A model generated the notes under the pieces. The model was not told where the DNA came from. It ran no database searches and saw only the letters and a list, made by a program, of their open reading frames with translations. 64,000 bases of DNA, from contig JAHWIC010000001.1 of NCBI GenBank assembly GCA_019322805.1, positions 132,150 to 196,149 on the forward strand. Reading direction: 5' to 3'. Made by a program: the position numbers and the translations under genes. Position 1 is the first letter of the stretch; each line of letters opens with the position of its first letter. This document shows, piece after piece, positions 28,872-38,178 of the stretch. The stretch is from Candidatus Woesearchaeota archaeon. Lineage in GTDB: Archaea; Nanobdellota; Nanobdellia; Woesearchaeales; JAHWIC01.

Positions 28872-28979
28872 CTGTTATGGTGGCCATGGTGTAGCTCGGC
28901 AGCACTGGAGACACGTTTTAAACGCTTCAATGTGGTATGCCATGCAGAAATCTCCTAGGGCGAGTTCAAATCTCGCTGG
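28872..28979 (+). tRNA. Intron-containing tRNA (Glu/Gln-like D-arm). A 39-nt insert lies between anticodon stem halves GGAGA/TCTCC, i.e. a 32-nt intron plus the loop. The anticodon is unresolved and CCA is encoded.
   Basis: Acceptor GTGGCCA/TGGCCAC + C73 + CCA; D-arm GTGT-AGCTCGGCA-GCAC; T-arm GCGAG-TTCAAAT-CTCGC; 4-nt variable loop; T-rich stretch after the 3' end. No placement of the intron yields a loop with U33. Confidence 0.55.
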
Positions 28980-28988
28980 CCACCCCAT

Positions 28989-29492
28989 TTATTTCTTAAT
29001 GCTCATAATCTTTGTTGACAGATAAGGGAGAAGTAAAGCAACAGTATAAACAATTGCAATTGTTAATGGCTGCTGCTGTGTTTTTAGTCCTGCTGCTATG
29101 ATCAAATTCTTAGTGAACATTGTCATATAAACAATAGATACTACAGCAAGGGATAGTATAGAAAAGATAGCAAACACGTGGTGTTTAGTTACAATATGCT
29201 CTATATCGTGAATAATATGGTCTATGAAAAGGCCTAAAGCTATACCTAAGATTGCTGCGACTGAATACAAGGCAAATCCAGTAAAAAAGAACATAAATGG
29301 AACCAGGATTACTGAGGCAACAAGATTGCCGATAATTGCTATTGCAAGAAAAAGCCAGTAGACAGATCTATCAAGGAATTTTACAAAAGGAGTTTTTTTC
29401 TCTTTTGCTTCTTTTGTTATTTTGGATAACCTCTCTATCTCTTCTAAGGTCCACCCCTTTTTCAGCAGTTTGTGGTGAAGATGTTTAGTCAT
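28989..29492 (-). CDS. Membrane protein (4-5 TM helices), last gene of the MinD-like operon.
   Basis: 167 aa, hydrophobic helices, 8-nt overlap with the upstream ATPase gene. Confidence 0.5.
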   Translation of the reverse strand: MTKHLHHKLLKKGWTLEEIERLSKITKEAKEKKTPFVKFLDRSVYWLFLAIAIIGNLVASVILVPFMFFFTGFALYSVAAILGIALGLFIDHIIHDIEHIVTKHHVFAIFSILSLAVVSIVYMTMFTKNLIIAAGLKTQQQPLTIAIVYTVALLLPYLSTKIMSIKK

Positions 29493-30201
29493 TTTGTAAA
29501 AGCTCTGCTAATCTTTTAAACTCAAGAGAAGCTGGGCTGTCTGGATGCGTGAATACAACTGGATTTTTCGTTAGCAAGGATTCTCTAACATTCTTGTCTT
29601 CCGGTACTATGCTGATTATGGGCCTGTTCATTATGGATTTTATCCTGCTTAATGGGATGTCCTGTTTATTTCCTGTAACTTTATTTAGGACCACACCAGT
29701 AACAACTGAGCCAAGCTGTTCAGCAAGAGCAGCTGTCCTTATGGCTTCGTTAATTGCGCCATGGTCAGGATTTGTTACTATGAGTGTTTCATCGGCACTT
29801 TTCAGGACAGACCTTACTTCATTTCCAAGACCAGCCCCAAGGTCAATTATAACCACCTCAGCCTTGCCAATAAGCTTAATCATGGCATTTCCAATATTCC
29901 TTGAAAGACCTGCATCTAAATGTAAAGAACCATTTGAAGGGATTAACCCCATTCCACTTGGATGCAGATAGATTGTGTCTGCTATATTTTTAGTTCCATT
30001 TAGCACTTCAGTAAGGCCATGAAGCTCTTGAGGAAAACCAAGGTACAGGCTGACGTTTGGCTGCGTAAGATTGCCGTCAACAACCAGAACCTTTAAGCCA
30101 AGATTATTTAATGCAATCCCAAGATTAATGGCTGTAGTTGTTTTTCCTGTACCGCCTTTTCCAGAAGCAATAGCTATGAACCTAGTCATCTTTTTTTCCA
30201 A
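29485..30201 (-). CDS. MinD/ParA-family P-loop ATPase (archaeal MinD-like).
   Basis: Deviant Walker A IASGKGGTGKTT, Walker B VVIIDLGAG. Confidence 0.85.
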   Translation of the reverse strand: MEKKMTRFIAIASGKGGTGKTTTAINLGIALNNLGLKVLVVDGNLTQPNVSLYLGFPQELHGLTEVLNGTKNIADTIYLHPSGMGLIPSNGSLHLDAGLSRNIGNAMIKLIGKAEVVIIDLGAGLGNEVRSVLKSADETLIVTNPDHGAINEAIRTAALAEQLGSVVTGVVLNKVTGNKQDIPLSRIKSIMNRPIISIVPEDKNVRESLLTKNPVVFTHPDSPASLEFKRLAELLQND

Positions 30202-30667
30202 TAATCAAATCAGTTATATAGTTTATAAATTCTTTTGTTTCTTTATAGTATTCTTCCAATTTGTCTATATCTATTTCAAGATTTGTATTATTATCAAAGA
30301 TTGTTGTCATAGTGACATGTCGCCTGTACTCCTCTCTTTTTGTATAATCTGTTTTCATCACTCTTCTCAATAATAGATAAAATTCAAGGCCTTTTTTCAG
30401 ATAGTCATCAGCAAATTTCTTTTCCAGGAGTTCTACCTTCATTCCTGGGTTTGATGGATAATCCTTGATCTTTTTCTTTGATTTCAAGTGCATAAGAAGC
30501 GCCAATACTCCGCAGTCATATGTGTTTATTATCCGCGCAACTGTATTTCTAATCACATCTACTGTCCTTGTATATTTCAGGCTTACATATATCAGATGGT
30601 CTACTCTTCTTAATTCGCTTCTTGCGGCATGCAGTTGTTCTTCCACATCCGGGTCTATTTTTGCCAT
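30182..30667 (-). CDS. Helical hypothetical protein, paralog of the upstream gene.
   Basis: 161 aa. Same length and N-terminal pattern (A..L...DHL...S) as the 30669-31151 product. Confidence 0.45.
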   Translation of the reverse strand: MAKIDPDVEEQLHAARSELRRVDHLIYVSLKYTRTVDVIRNTVARIINTYDCGVLALLMHLKSKKKIKDYPSNPGMKVELLEKKFADDYLKKGLEFYLLLRRVMKTDYTKREEYRRHVTMTTIFDNNTNLEIDIDKLEEYYKETKEFINYITDLIIGKKDD

Positions 30668-30668
30668 T

Positions 30669-31151
30669 TTAGTTTGTTGCTGGTTTGTTTTTTACTAATT
30701 TTGATATTGCATCCAGAAAAGACTTTGCTCCTGTGAGGTATTTGTTTATCTTATCTGCTGAGATTGCTTTCATGTCATAATTATCTGAGCATATAACAAA
30801 GCAGCCCTTTCTTGTAAATTCAACAGGGCTTTTCCTATGCTCTACAATTATATCCTTAACTTCCTCTAAAATGCTTACATGCTCTTTTTTTATTTTGTAT
30901 TTGTCTACAAGTCTTGATCTGAACATGTTAAACTTTGATGCAAAGTTATCATGGAACGGAGGAATACTCTTTAATGCTCTCTCATAGTAAAGCAGAGATG
31001 CCATAGCATTTGTCATGCCAAGGAATATATTATCCATAACAGCTAAAAGAAGTTTTGTGTCTTTGACAAGAGGGTATGATTGTGTTAATATATGATCTGC
31101 GGTTTTAAGCTTTTTTGCTGCCTCCTCTTTTAACTCCAGAAACTTCTCCAT
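30669..31151 (-). CDS. Helical hypothetical protein (paralog pair with 30182-30667), first gene of the MinD-like operon.
   Basis: 160-aa ORF, 1-nt spacing to the next gene. Confidence 0.45.
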   Translation of the reverse strand: MEKFLELKEEAAKKLKTADHILTQSYPLVKDTKLLLAVMDNIFLGMTNAMASLLYYERALKSIPPFHDNFASKFNMFRSRLVDKYKIKKEHVSILEEVKDIIVEHRKSPVEFTRKGCFVICSDNYDMKAISADKINKYLTGAKSFLDAISKLVKNKPATN

Positions 31152-31213
31152 ATAAGTATAGTAGATGTAAAGTATAAAAAGTTTTTCTTGAAAAGGGCGT
31201 CAATTCCGAGAAT

Positions 31214-31552
31214 TTACTTCTTAAGCTCCATTATTGCTGCAGCAAGGTCTCCATCATGCTTTTCTATCGCTTCTTTAGCTGCATTTTCATCAACGCCTGT
31301 TTGTTCCATCACTGTTTTTATGTCATCCTCATTTATTTCCGGCTTTGTAGAAATTGATTCCTCGCGAGCTTCACCAGCAACCTGGTATGTTTGCTGGCCC
31401 ATCATGTTTACTTTTGAAACTGATGGATTTTCTATGATTATGTTTTTGTCTTCGCATTTTATTATGACTTCTGTTGCAGGGATTTCTACCTGTTGTATGC
31501 CCATTCTTTTCATGGCCTGCTGCATTTTCCTTGGATTCATTCCTGGGAACAT
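31214..31552 (-). CDS. nac: Nascent polypeptide-associated complex protein (NAC alpha, archaeal).
   Basis: MFPGMNPRKMQQAMKRMGIQQVEI... NAC domain plus a C-terminal UBA-like segment (DIKTVMEQTGVDENAAKEAIEKHDGDLAAAIMEL). The track's upstream extension (to 31588) is probably not translated. Confidence 0.8.
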   Translation of the reverse strand: MFPGMNPRKMQQAMKRMGIQQVEIPATEVIIKCEDKNIIIENPSVSKVNMMGQQTYQVAGEAREESISTKPEINEDDIKTVMEQTGVDENAAKEAIEKHDGDLAAAIMELKK

Positions 31553-31562
31553 AAGAAACACC

Positions 31563-31745
31563 TTATAATCCAAACATTGCGGCACCAAATGTATAAAGAA
31601 TTGCCATTAGAATTATAACTGCTATAATAAGAACAACTATATGGCCTGGCTTGAATTCCAGCTTTGATTTATACTCGTCAAAATATCTTACTAAGCCCCC
31701 CATTCCGGATGGCATTCGCATTTTTTCTTGTCCCATTATCATCAC
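31563..31745 (-). CDS. secG: Preprotein translocase subunit Sec61beta (SecG, archaeal).
   Basis: 60 aa, conserved GLVRYFDE motif followed by a single TM helix. Confidence 0.75.
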   Translation of the reverse strand: MMIMGQEKMRMPSGMGGLVRYFDEYKSKLEFKPGHIVVLIIAVIILMAILYTFGAAMFGL

Positions 31746-31749
31746 GTAA

Positions 31750-32142
31750 AAAAGTTAGTAGGGTTAGAATAAGCCACCTTTTGTAGGAACCTTAGTAACC
31801 GCAACTTGTGCGATTGATGCTCCTTCTTAGCATTTAACTAAGCGTCTTTGCGTGCCATAAATGCTCTTCGAGCATTTAACGGTGCTTGACTTGCACAGAC
31901 AAGGACTATCCGTTTCACCCGTTCTTATTAAAACGTCTGCCTGTTAGCTTGTTCTTGTCACCAAAAACTTCAAAGGCATCATCCTCTTAATAAGAGGTCT
32001 CGTTTCTGTGATGTTGCCGCCCATTTCTGGACCTTACTTCCGTAAGTTGCCACAATAAGTGGGTGGACTTTCCTCAGTCAAACAACATGGTTGCCTGCGG
32101 ATTTAACCGCTTGACCGTTAGCTAAGTACTAACCCTACTGCT
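31750..32142 (-). ncRNA. rnpB: RNase P RNA (archaeal type).
   Basis: Minus strand: CR-I GAGGAAAGUCCACCC, CR-II-like GGGUGAAACGGAUAGUCC, CR-V ACAAAAGGUGGCUUAU (P4 pairing AAGUCCACC/GGUGGCUU). The P1 helix pairs GUAGGGUUAG (32127-32139) with CUAACCCUAC (31757-31767). An oligo-U stretch follows the 3' end. Confidence 0.75.
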
Positions 32143-32181
32143 ATTGGGTAATATACCCCTATTTATAAATTTAATGGTAGT

Positions 32182-33339
32182 TTAAGACGAGAACACAATA
32201 ACCTTACTTTCCTGCTTTCCAAGCCATATAGGCTTTTCATCAACAACCTTGAACTTATGCTTTTCAGCTGCTTTCTTTAGTTCTTCAGGAGATTTTGCAA
32301 TCACAGCTATCTTTCCTTTCTTTTTCAGAACAAACTCTGCCTGATAAAAGAATTCATTGTACAGCTTTTCAATATCCTTAGGGTTTGTGTGCTTTGATAT
32401 TGCTGGCGGGGTTGTGATGATTTTATCAATGCTGTTCTTATCCACCTTAGTGTCGAGCCATTCTATTTCCATTCTTGAGAAATTGATTATTTTGTCAACA
32501 GCAGCTATCTTTGCGTTCTTTTTTGTTGCATCAACATGTCTAAACTGAGCATCAAATGCGTTTATCATTGGTTTCTTGACTAGTTTCTTTTCTTTGTCAA
32601 TTTTATCAAAGAAATCATCAAAATTGATATCATTAAAACATTTTAATTTTAAAAATGAAAATCTGTCCTTTCTGAAGTGATTTACTGAGATATTTGAGGA
32701 ATACAAAGCAGCTTCTATCGGAATCGTTCCTGAGCCTGTGAAAGGGTCCAATAAAATTTCATCTTTCTTGTAATCTGCAATTCTTAACATGGCATAAGCA
32801 ACTGTTCCTTTTAATGCAGTCGGGTGTGAAAAAACCTTATATTCCCGTTTGCTTAAGTCAATTCCTGCAAAATCAATGCCAAAAAAACAATCATTGTCAG
32901 AAATAAAAACATAAAATATAATATCAGGGTTATCGAGATTTACCTTTGGCTCGTATTTGTTTTTCTTCTTAACATTATCAATTATAAACCCGCCAACTTC
33001 TGCGTTTATTTCCTCGCTTGAGATAGAATCGTTATCAACCTTAGAGCAGCTGACCCTGAATGTTTTATCCTTATCCAGCCAATCATCAAGGTTTATTTTA
33101 TCGACTATAATTTTTATCAATTTAAAAAATTCATCATTATCTTTAAATTTAAAAGAGTCAAATGATGAAAGAACTCGCGTGATTGATTGTGATTTATAGC
33201 AGAGCGTACACAACTCAATTAATTCAGCATCAAAAACAAGGCAAGAATTCTTTATTTCAGACTTTTTATTTAATATCTCGTTTATTTCTTTAGAAGTTAT
33301 ATCTTCAATGCCTTTTGAGGTTATTGCTAGGGCTTTCAT
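32182..33339 (-). CDS. THUMP-domain class I SAM-dependent RNA methyltransferase (tRNA m2G-type, Trm14/TrmN-like).
   Basis: 385 aa, N-terminal THUMP domain, motif I LLDPFTGSGTIPIEAA, motif IV-like TTPP. Confidence 0.7.
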   Translation of the reverse strand: MKALAITSKGIEDITSKEINEILNKKSEIKNSCLVFDAELIELCTLCYKSQSITRVLSSFDSFKFKDNDEFFKLIKIIVDKINLDDWLDKDKTFRVSCSKVDNDSISSEEINAEVGGFIIDNVKKKNKYEPKVNLDNPDIIFYVFISDNDCFFGIDFAGIDLSKREYKVFSHPTALKGTVAYAMLRIADYKKDEILLDPFTGSGTIPIEAALYSSNISVNHFRKDRFSFLKLKCFNDINFDDFFDKIDKEKKLVKKPMINAFDAQFRHVDATKKNAKIAAVDKIINFSRMEIEWLDTKVDKNSIDKIITTPPAISKHTNPKDIEKLYNEFFYQAEFVLKKKGKIAVIAKSPEELKKAAEKHKFKVVDEKPIWLGKQESKVIVFSS

Positions 33340-35766
33340 TTAATCTTCTTTTACTATTTTAGCAGCAGCAACTACCTTATCCTCAGGAGAAATTCTCATT
33401 AATCTTACCCCCTGTGTATTTCTGCCGATCACTGAGATTCCTCCTGCATTTGTCCTTATCGCTATTCCGTGCTTGCTGATAAGCATGATATCGTCTTGGT
33501 CAGTAACTGATTTGATTTCAACAACCTTGCCGTTTCTCTCCGAGCAGATTATATTTCTAACTCCAGAGCCACCCCTGTTAATCAGCCTGTATTCAGAAAT
33601 CTTTGTTCTCTTACCATAGCCATTTTCTGTTATTGTCAGCAGGGTTTTTTCATCTTTGCCTATAACAGTCCCAATTACTTCGTCATTTCTTAGCCGTATG
33701 CCGCGAACTCCTTTTGCTGTTCTTCCCATCGACCTTACATCCTTTTCATTAAATTTAACAGCAATGCCGTTTTTAGTAGCTATTATTATCTGCTTTGAGC
33801 CGTCTGTTAATTTAACCCCTATAAGCTTATCATTTGGTTCAAGCTCTAATGCCCTTATTCCCGCACTTCGGGGCCTTGAGAACTCTGCCAGATTTGTTTT
33901 CTTTACTAAGCCGTTTTTTGTGACCATTAAAAGGTATTTTTGAGGGTCAAACTCTTTAACCAGTATGGAGGCTGTTACTTTTTCGTCCTTATCGAGCTTC
34001 AATAAGTTAACAATGGCTTTTCCTTTTGCTTGTCTTGAGGTTTCTGGGATATAATAAACCTTTAGCCAATAAACCTGGCCTTTATCTGTAAAGAATAGGA
34101 CATAGCTATGTGTATTTGCAACAAAGATATCTTCAACAAAATCTTCTTCTTTTGTTGTAGCTGCAATTACGCCTTTTCCTCCACGATGCTGCTGTTTGTA
34201 AGCCTTGATCGGAATCCTTTTTATGTAGCCGGAATGGGTTATTGTAACAACCATATCTTCTTCTTTGATCAGGTCCTCCATATTAAGCTCTGTTGTCTCT
34301 ACATCAACTATTTGTGTGCGACGCGCATCTGAATATTTCTCCTTTAATTCCAAAAGCTCATTTTTTATTATATCAAGGATTTTTTGCTCAGAGCCTAAGA
34401 CTGACTTTAATTCCTCGATTAATTTTAACAGCTCAGAATGCTCATTCTTTATCTTGTCCTGCTCCATAGAAGCCAGCCTTTGCAATTTCATATCGAGGAT
34501 TGCTGTTGCTTGTTTTTCTGTAACATTATAATTGGTCATTAATGCTGATCTTGCTTGTGCAACTTCACGGCTTTCCTTGATCAATTTGATAACAGGATCG
34601 ATGTTGTTTATTGCGATTATTAATCCCTCGAGAATATGGGCTTTATCCTGTGCTTCTTGAAGCTCAAACTCTGTTCTTTTTCTTACAATTAATCTTCTGT
34701 AATCAATGTAATTCTGTATCAATGCTTTAAGATTCAGCACTCTTGGCTGGTTATCAACCAATGCAAGCATTATTACTCCAAATGTTGTCTGCAGCTTTGA
34801 ATGTTTATACAGTTGGTTAAGAACAACAGTCTGGTTTGCGTCTTTTCTAAGCTCTATCACTATGCGCATTCCTTCCCTATCACTTTCATCACGAATGTCT
34901 GAAATTCCATCAATTTTCTTGTCATGCACTAAATCTGCTATCTCTTCTATTGCCAATGCTTTGTTCACCATGTAAGGTATTTCTGTTATGATTATCCTGC
35001 GCTCTTCTGTGGTTATTTTTGCCCTTATAGTTATTTTTCCACGACCGGTATTGTATGCATTTACTATCCCATTTCTTCCACAAATCAAAGCGCCTGTAGG
35101 AAAATCAGGACCTTGTATATATTGTATTAATTCTTTTATTGTTATCTCAGGATTGTTGATTTGAGCTATTGTTGCATCTACTATTTCACCCATATTATGC
35201 GGAGGGATGTTTGTTGCCATACCTACAGCAATGCCAGAACTTCCATTTACAAGCAGATTGGGTATTTTTGATGGAAGGACAGATGGCTCTTTAAGGCTTC
35301 CATCAAAGTTGTCAACAAACCTTACTGTTTTCTTATCAATGTCCTGCAGCATCTCTTCTGCAATTTTGTTTAAACGAGCTTCTGTATAACGCATTGCAGC
35401 TGCGTTATCGCCATCTACTGAGCCAAAATTACCCTGGCCTTGTATTAAAGGGTATCTTAATGAAAAAGGCTGTGTGAGCCTAACCATTGAATCATAAACA
35501 GCTGTATCACCATGGGGATGGTATTTTCCTAAGCACTCACCCACAATTCTTGCAGATTTCTTGAAAGGCTTGTTGTGGAACATGCCCATCTGCTGCATTG
35601 CATAAAGAATTCTTCTGTGTACAGGCTTTAATCCGTCCCTTACATCTGGCAAAGCTCTTCCCACAATAATTGACATAGAATAATCTAGATAAGACTGCTT
35701 CATCTCATCTTCAATCAACTTTTGGACTACTTTTTGCTCTGTTTCTTGTTGTTTTTCTTCTTCCAT
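33340..35766 (-). CDS. gyrA: DNA gyrase subunit A.
   Basis: 808 aa, [20 protein letters not shown], catalytic [10 protein letters not shown] Tyr motif, C-terminal beta-pinwheel repeats. Confidence 0.95.
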   Translation of the reverse strand: MEEEKQQETEQKVVQKLIEDEMKQSYLDYSMSIIVGRALPDVRDGLKPVHRRILYAMQQMGMFHNKPFKKSARIVGECLGKYHPHGDTAVYDSMVRLTQPFSLRYPLIQGQGNFGSVDGDNAAAMRYTEARLNKIAEEMLQDIDKKTVRFVDNFDGSLKEPSVLPSKIPNLLVNGSSGIAVGMATNIPPHNMGEIVDATIAQINNPEITIKELIQYIQGPDFPTGALICGRNGIVNAYNTGRGKITIRAKITTEERRIIITEIPYMVNKALAIEEIADLVHDKKIDGISDIRDESDREGMRIVIELRKDANQTVVLNQLYKHSKLQTTFGVIMLALVDNQPRVLNLKALIQNYIDYRRLIVRKRTEFELQEAQDKAHILEGLIIAINNIDPVIKLIKESREVAQARSALMTNYNVTEKQATAILDMKLQRLASMEQDKIKNEHSELLKLIEELKSVLGSEQKILDIIKNELLELKEKYSDARRTQIVDVETTELNMEDLIKEEDMVVTITHSGYIKRIPIKAYKQQHRGGKGVIAATTKEEDFVEDIFVANTHSYVLFFTDKGQVYWLKVYYIPETSRQAKGKAIVNLLKLDKDEKVTASILVKEFDPQKYLLMVTKNGLVKKTNLAEFSRPRSAGIRALELEPNDKLIGVKLTDGSKQIIIATKNGIAVKFNEKDVRSMGRTAKGVRGIRLRNDEVIGTVIGKDEKTLLTITENGYGKRTKISEYRLINRGGSGVRNIICSERNGKVVEIKSVTDQDDIMLISKHGIAIRTNAGGISVIGRNTQGVRLMRISPEDKVVAAAKIVKED

Positions 35767-35884
35767 TTGAGAAACCTAGAGTTCTTTCGTCTAGGGTTTA
35801 TGATAGGATTTTATTTATAAGTCTTTTGCTTATAAAATGGCGTTAGGGGGGCTGTATCCCTAGAATTTTGGGGTTTTGGCAAAA

Positions 35885-36028
35885 TCAGAGCTTCTTAATT
35901 ATTGACTTGTTAACACTCATGCTAAAACCGCAATAAACACATCTCTTCCTTTTTCCTGTTAGAACTTGACCTCTAGAATCATACTTCATCTTATTGCCAC
36001 ATTTAGGGCACTTAAGCAAGAACATCAT
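35885..36028 (-). CDS. Small CPxCG zinc-ribbon protein (47 aa), missing from the ORF track.
   Basis: MMFLLKCPKCGNKMKYDSRGQVLTGKRKRCVYCGFSMSVNKSIIKKL. Its ATG overlaps the scpB TGA stop (ATGA coupling). Confidence 0.5.
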   Translation of the reverse strand: MMFLLKCPKCGNKMKYDSRGQVLTGKRKRCVYCGFSMSVNKSIIKKL

Positions 36029-37572
36029 TTTTTGCTTTTCTTTTTCTCTGCTTGTTCCTTCCTTAACTGTATAATATCCTTTGGTCCTTCTTCTGATGGT
36101 TCTGCAAACTTTATTTTTTCCTCACCAGCAGTTTCAACCATCTCTTCAACTTCTTCTTCAAAATCTGGTTTCTCTGGCATTGGTTTTTTTGCTTTCTTCT
36201 TTGGTTTTTCTACTTTCTCTTCTATTTTTGTCTCAGGAGCTTTCGGCTTTATTGGTAGGGCTTCTTTTTTTTCTTCTGGTTTCTCAGCTTCTTCTTTTGG
36301 TGCTTCTCCAGGCTCAACCTCTTTCTCCTCCGGAGCCTCTTCTTTTTCTTCCTCTGGTTTCTCTTCTTCAGCTTCTTCTTTTTCTCCTGCTGGCTTTTCT
36401 TCTGGATGCAGCATTGATTCAAGCTCTGCTTCTACTTCTGGAGTCATTTCTTCTTCCTTTGTAGGATGTAAAATTTCTTCAGACCTTTTCTCTGCTCTTT
36501 TTTCAAAATCTATCTCCTCTTCACTTGGTGGCTTTTCTTCTTCCTTTGGTTCTTTTGGCTCTTCTTTTTTCTCTTCTTCTATTTCTTCCAAAGCCTCTTC
36601 AATCTCTTCTTCCTCCTCTTTTTTCTTTGGCTCTTCTTTTGGTTTTTCCTCTTCTTCAAGAGCTTCTTTAGGTATTTCCAGAACTGTTTCTTCCTCTGGA
36701 GCTTTAGGTTTTTCTGGTTTTGCTTCTGGCTTTATAGGTGGCGGGATTACTTCTTTTTCCGGTTTAGGTGGTTCTTTGGGTGCTTCTGGTTTTTCAGGAG
36801 CTTCCTCCTTTGGTTTTTCTGGTTTAGGAACCTCTTCTGGCTTTTCTTCAGGTTTTTCAGCCTCTTCAACAACCTCTAAGTCACCAAGCTTTTCTGCTGG
36901 CTGCAACTGTGGTTTTTCTTCCTTAAGCGCTTTCTTTTTCTGCTCTTCTGATAACTCATATTCCTCAAGCTTTACCTTATGGCCTGTTTTATCAATCATA
37001 TCTACTTCTTTATGTCTTGCTTTTTCTTTCTGTTCTTTTTTAATGGCCTCTATTTCTGCCTCTTTCCCCTCAATTGCCTTTGCCATTTCGTCAACATTCT
37101 TGAATTTCTCTTTTAATTTGTCTTCGGGGATATCAAAGTATTCAAAGAATTTCTGGGCTAATTTGATTAGTTTTGTCCTGCCATGCTTTTCCCTTGTTAT
37201 GTAACCAGCTTCTTCAAGCTCTTTTAGGTGATCATAAGCTTTATTTGTACGTATCTTAATAACATCTGACTGTTTTACAGGCGCTTTCCATGCAACTACT
37301 GCAAGGGTTTCTGTAATTGTCTTGCTTAGTTCTGTTGCAGTTACGATCTTTCTAACTAAGTTAAGGTATTTTTCACGTACAGTAAGCTTCCAGAAATCAC
37401 CTTCCTGCACAACCATCAATGACTCTTCTTTTGTATCATACCAATCCTTTAGCTCATTTAATGCTTTTATGACATCTTCTTTTTTTGCATGACACAGCCT
37501 TGTTAATTCATCTATATGCACCTTTTTTCCTGCAGAAAATAGAACAGATTCAACCTTGTTCCTAAGTTCCAT
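36025..37572 (-). CDS. scpB: Segregation and condensation protein B (ScpB) with a roughly 350-aa Glu/Lys/Pro-rich (PEKP-repeat) disordered C-terminal tail.
   Basis: N-terminal tandem winged helices (ESVLFSAGKKVHIDELTRL...). The tail is a low-complexity EEKPEEVPKPEKPKEEAPEKPE... stretch. The plus-strand 35966-37204 ORF is its antisense shadow. Confidence 0.7.
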   Translation of the reverse strand: MELRNKVESVLFSAGKKVHIDELTRLCHAKKEDVIKALNELKDWYDTKEESLMVVQEGDFWKLTVREKYLNLVRKIVTATELSKTITETLAVVAWKAPVKQSDVIKIRTNKAYDHLKELEEAGYITREKHGRTKLIKLAQKFFEYFDIPEDKLKEKFKNVDEMAKAIEGKEAEIEAIKKEQKEKARHKEVDMIDKTGHKVKLEEYELSEEQKKKALKEEKPQLQPAEKLGDLEVVEEAEKPEEKPEEVPKPEKPKEEAPEKPEAPKEPPKPEKEVIPPPIKPEAKPEKPKAPEEETVLEIPKEALEEEEKPKEEPKKKEEEEEIEEALEEIEEEKKEEPKEPKEEEKPPSEEEIDFEKRAEKRSEEILHPTKEEEMTPEVEAELESMLHPEEKPAGEKEEAEEEKPEEEKEEAPEEKEVEPGEAPKEEAEKPEEKKEALPIKPKAPETKIEEKVEKPKKKAKKPMPEKPDFEEEVEEMVETAGEEKIKFAEPSEEGPKDIIQLRKEQAEKKKSKK

Positions 37573-37582
37573 TTTACCCCTT

Positions 37583-38155
37583 TTATGTTAAGCTATAAAG
37601 TCCTTCTTCTTTTTTTATTTTATTATCATTAATTAATTTTTCCAGGAATGGTTCAAGTTCTTTCTCATTAATGCCAGTAAACTTTGATAGATTCTGTAAG
37701 TTAAGTTTTCTTGATTTTAACAGCAACATTACAAGATTCGTTGTTAATAAGTTCATGTTTTTCTTAACAAAATCGTTCTCTGCCTTGAAGCTTTTTGCTA
37801 CCATATCTACCTTATGCAGTCTTGCCTGTAAATCAGTTAGCAAACTAGATATATCATTCATCTTTAATTTTAGCTCTTCTGGCTTGATTATCTCCATTGT
37901 AGAAGGCATGTAGTCAAAGCAAAAGCCAATCATTGCTGGCAGGCTTTTTGATATCATCTCGACTTCAACAAACTTGCTAAAGAGCTTGTCCTGAGGCTTT
38001 GTTTCAGCATAATCCTCTTTTAGAATCATGAAATTATCATCTTCTTTAATCTGCTCGATATATTTTACAAGAGCTTTTTCAATATGCTCTTTTGGTTTTC
38101 CAAGTATCTCAATTATTGTCCTAAACCTTATTTGCTGCTCATTTGGGTTGTCCAT
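37583..38155 (-). CDS. scpA: Probable segregation and condensation protein A (ScpA, kleisin), upstream of scpB.
   Basis: 190-aa helical protein with a C-terminal winged-helix-like segment, in the operon position expected for scpA. Confidence 0.45.
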   Translation of the reverse strand: MDNPNEQQIRFRTIIEILGKPKEHIEKALVKYIEQIKEDDNFMILKEDYAETKPQDKLFSKFVEVEMISKSLPAMIGFCFDYMPSTMEIIKPEELKLKMNDISSLLTDLQARLHKVDMVAKSFKAENDFVKKNMNLLTTNLVMLLLKSRKLNLQNLSKFTGINEKELEPFLEKLINDNKIKKEEGLYSLT

Positions 38156-38178
38156 AGTTGGCTGTATTTTGTCTTTGT

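Noticed and set aside
35966-37204. 412-aa Ser/Gly/Phe-rich ORF on the plus strand.
   Set aside because: It is the antisense reading of the GAA/GAG/AAA/CCA-rich scpB tail. Low-complexity mirror ORF, not a gene.
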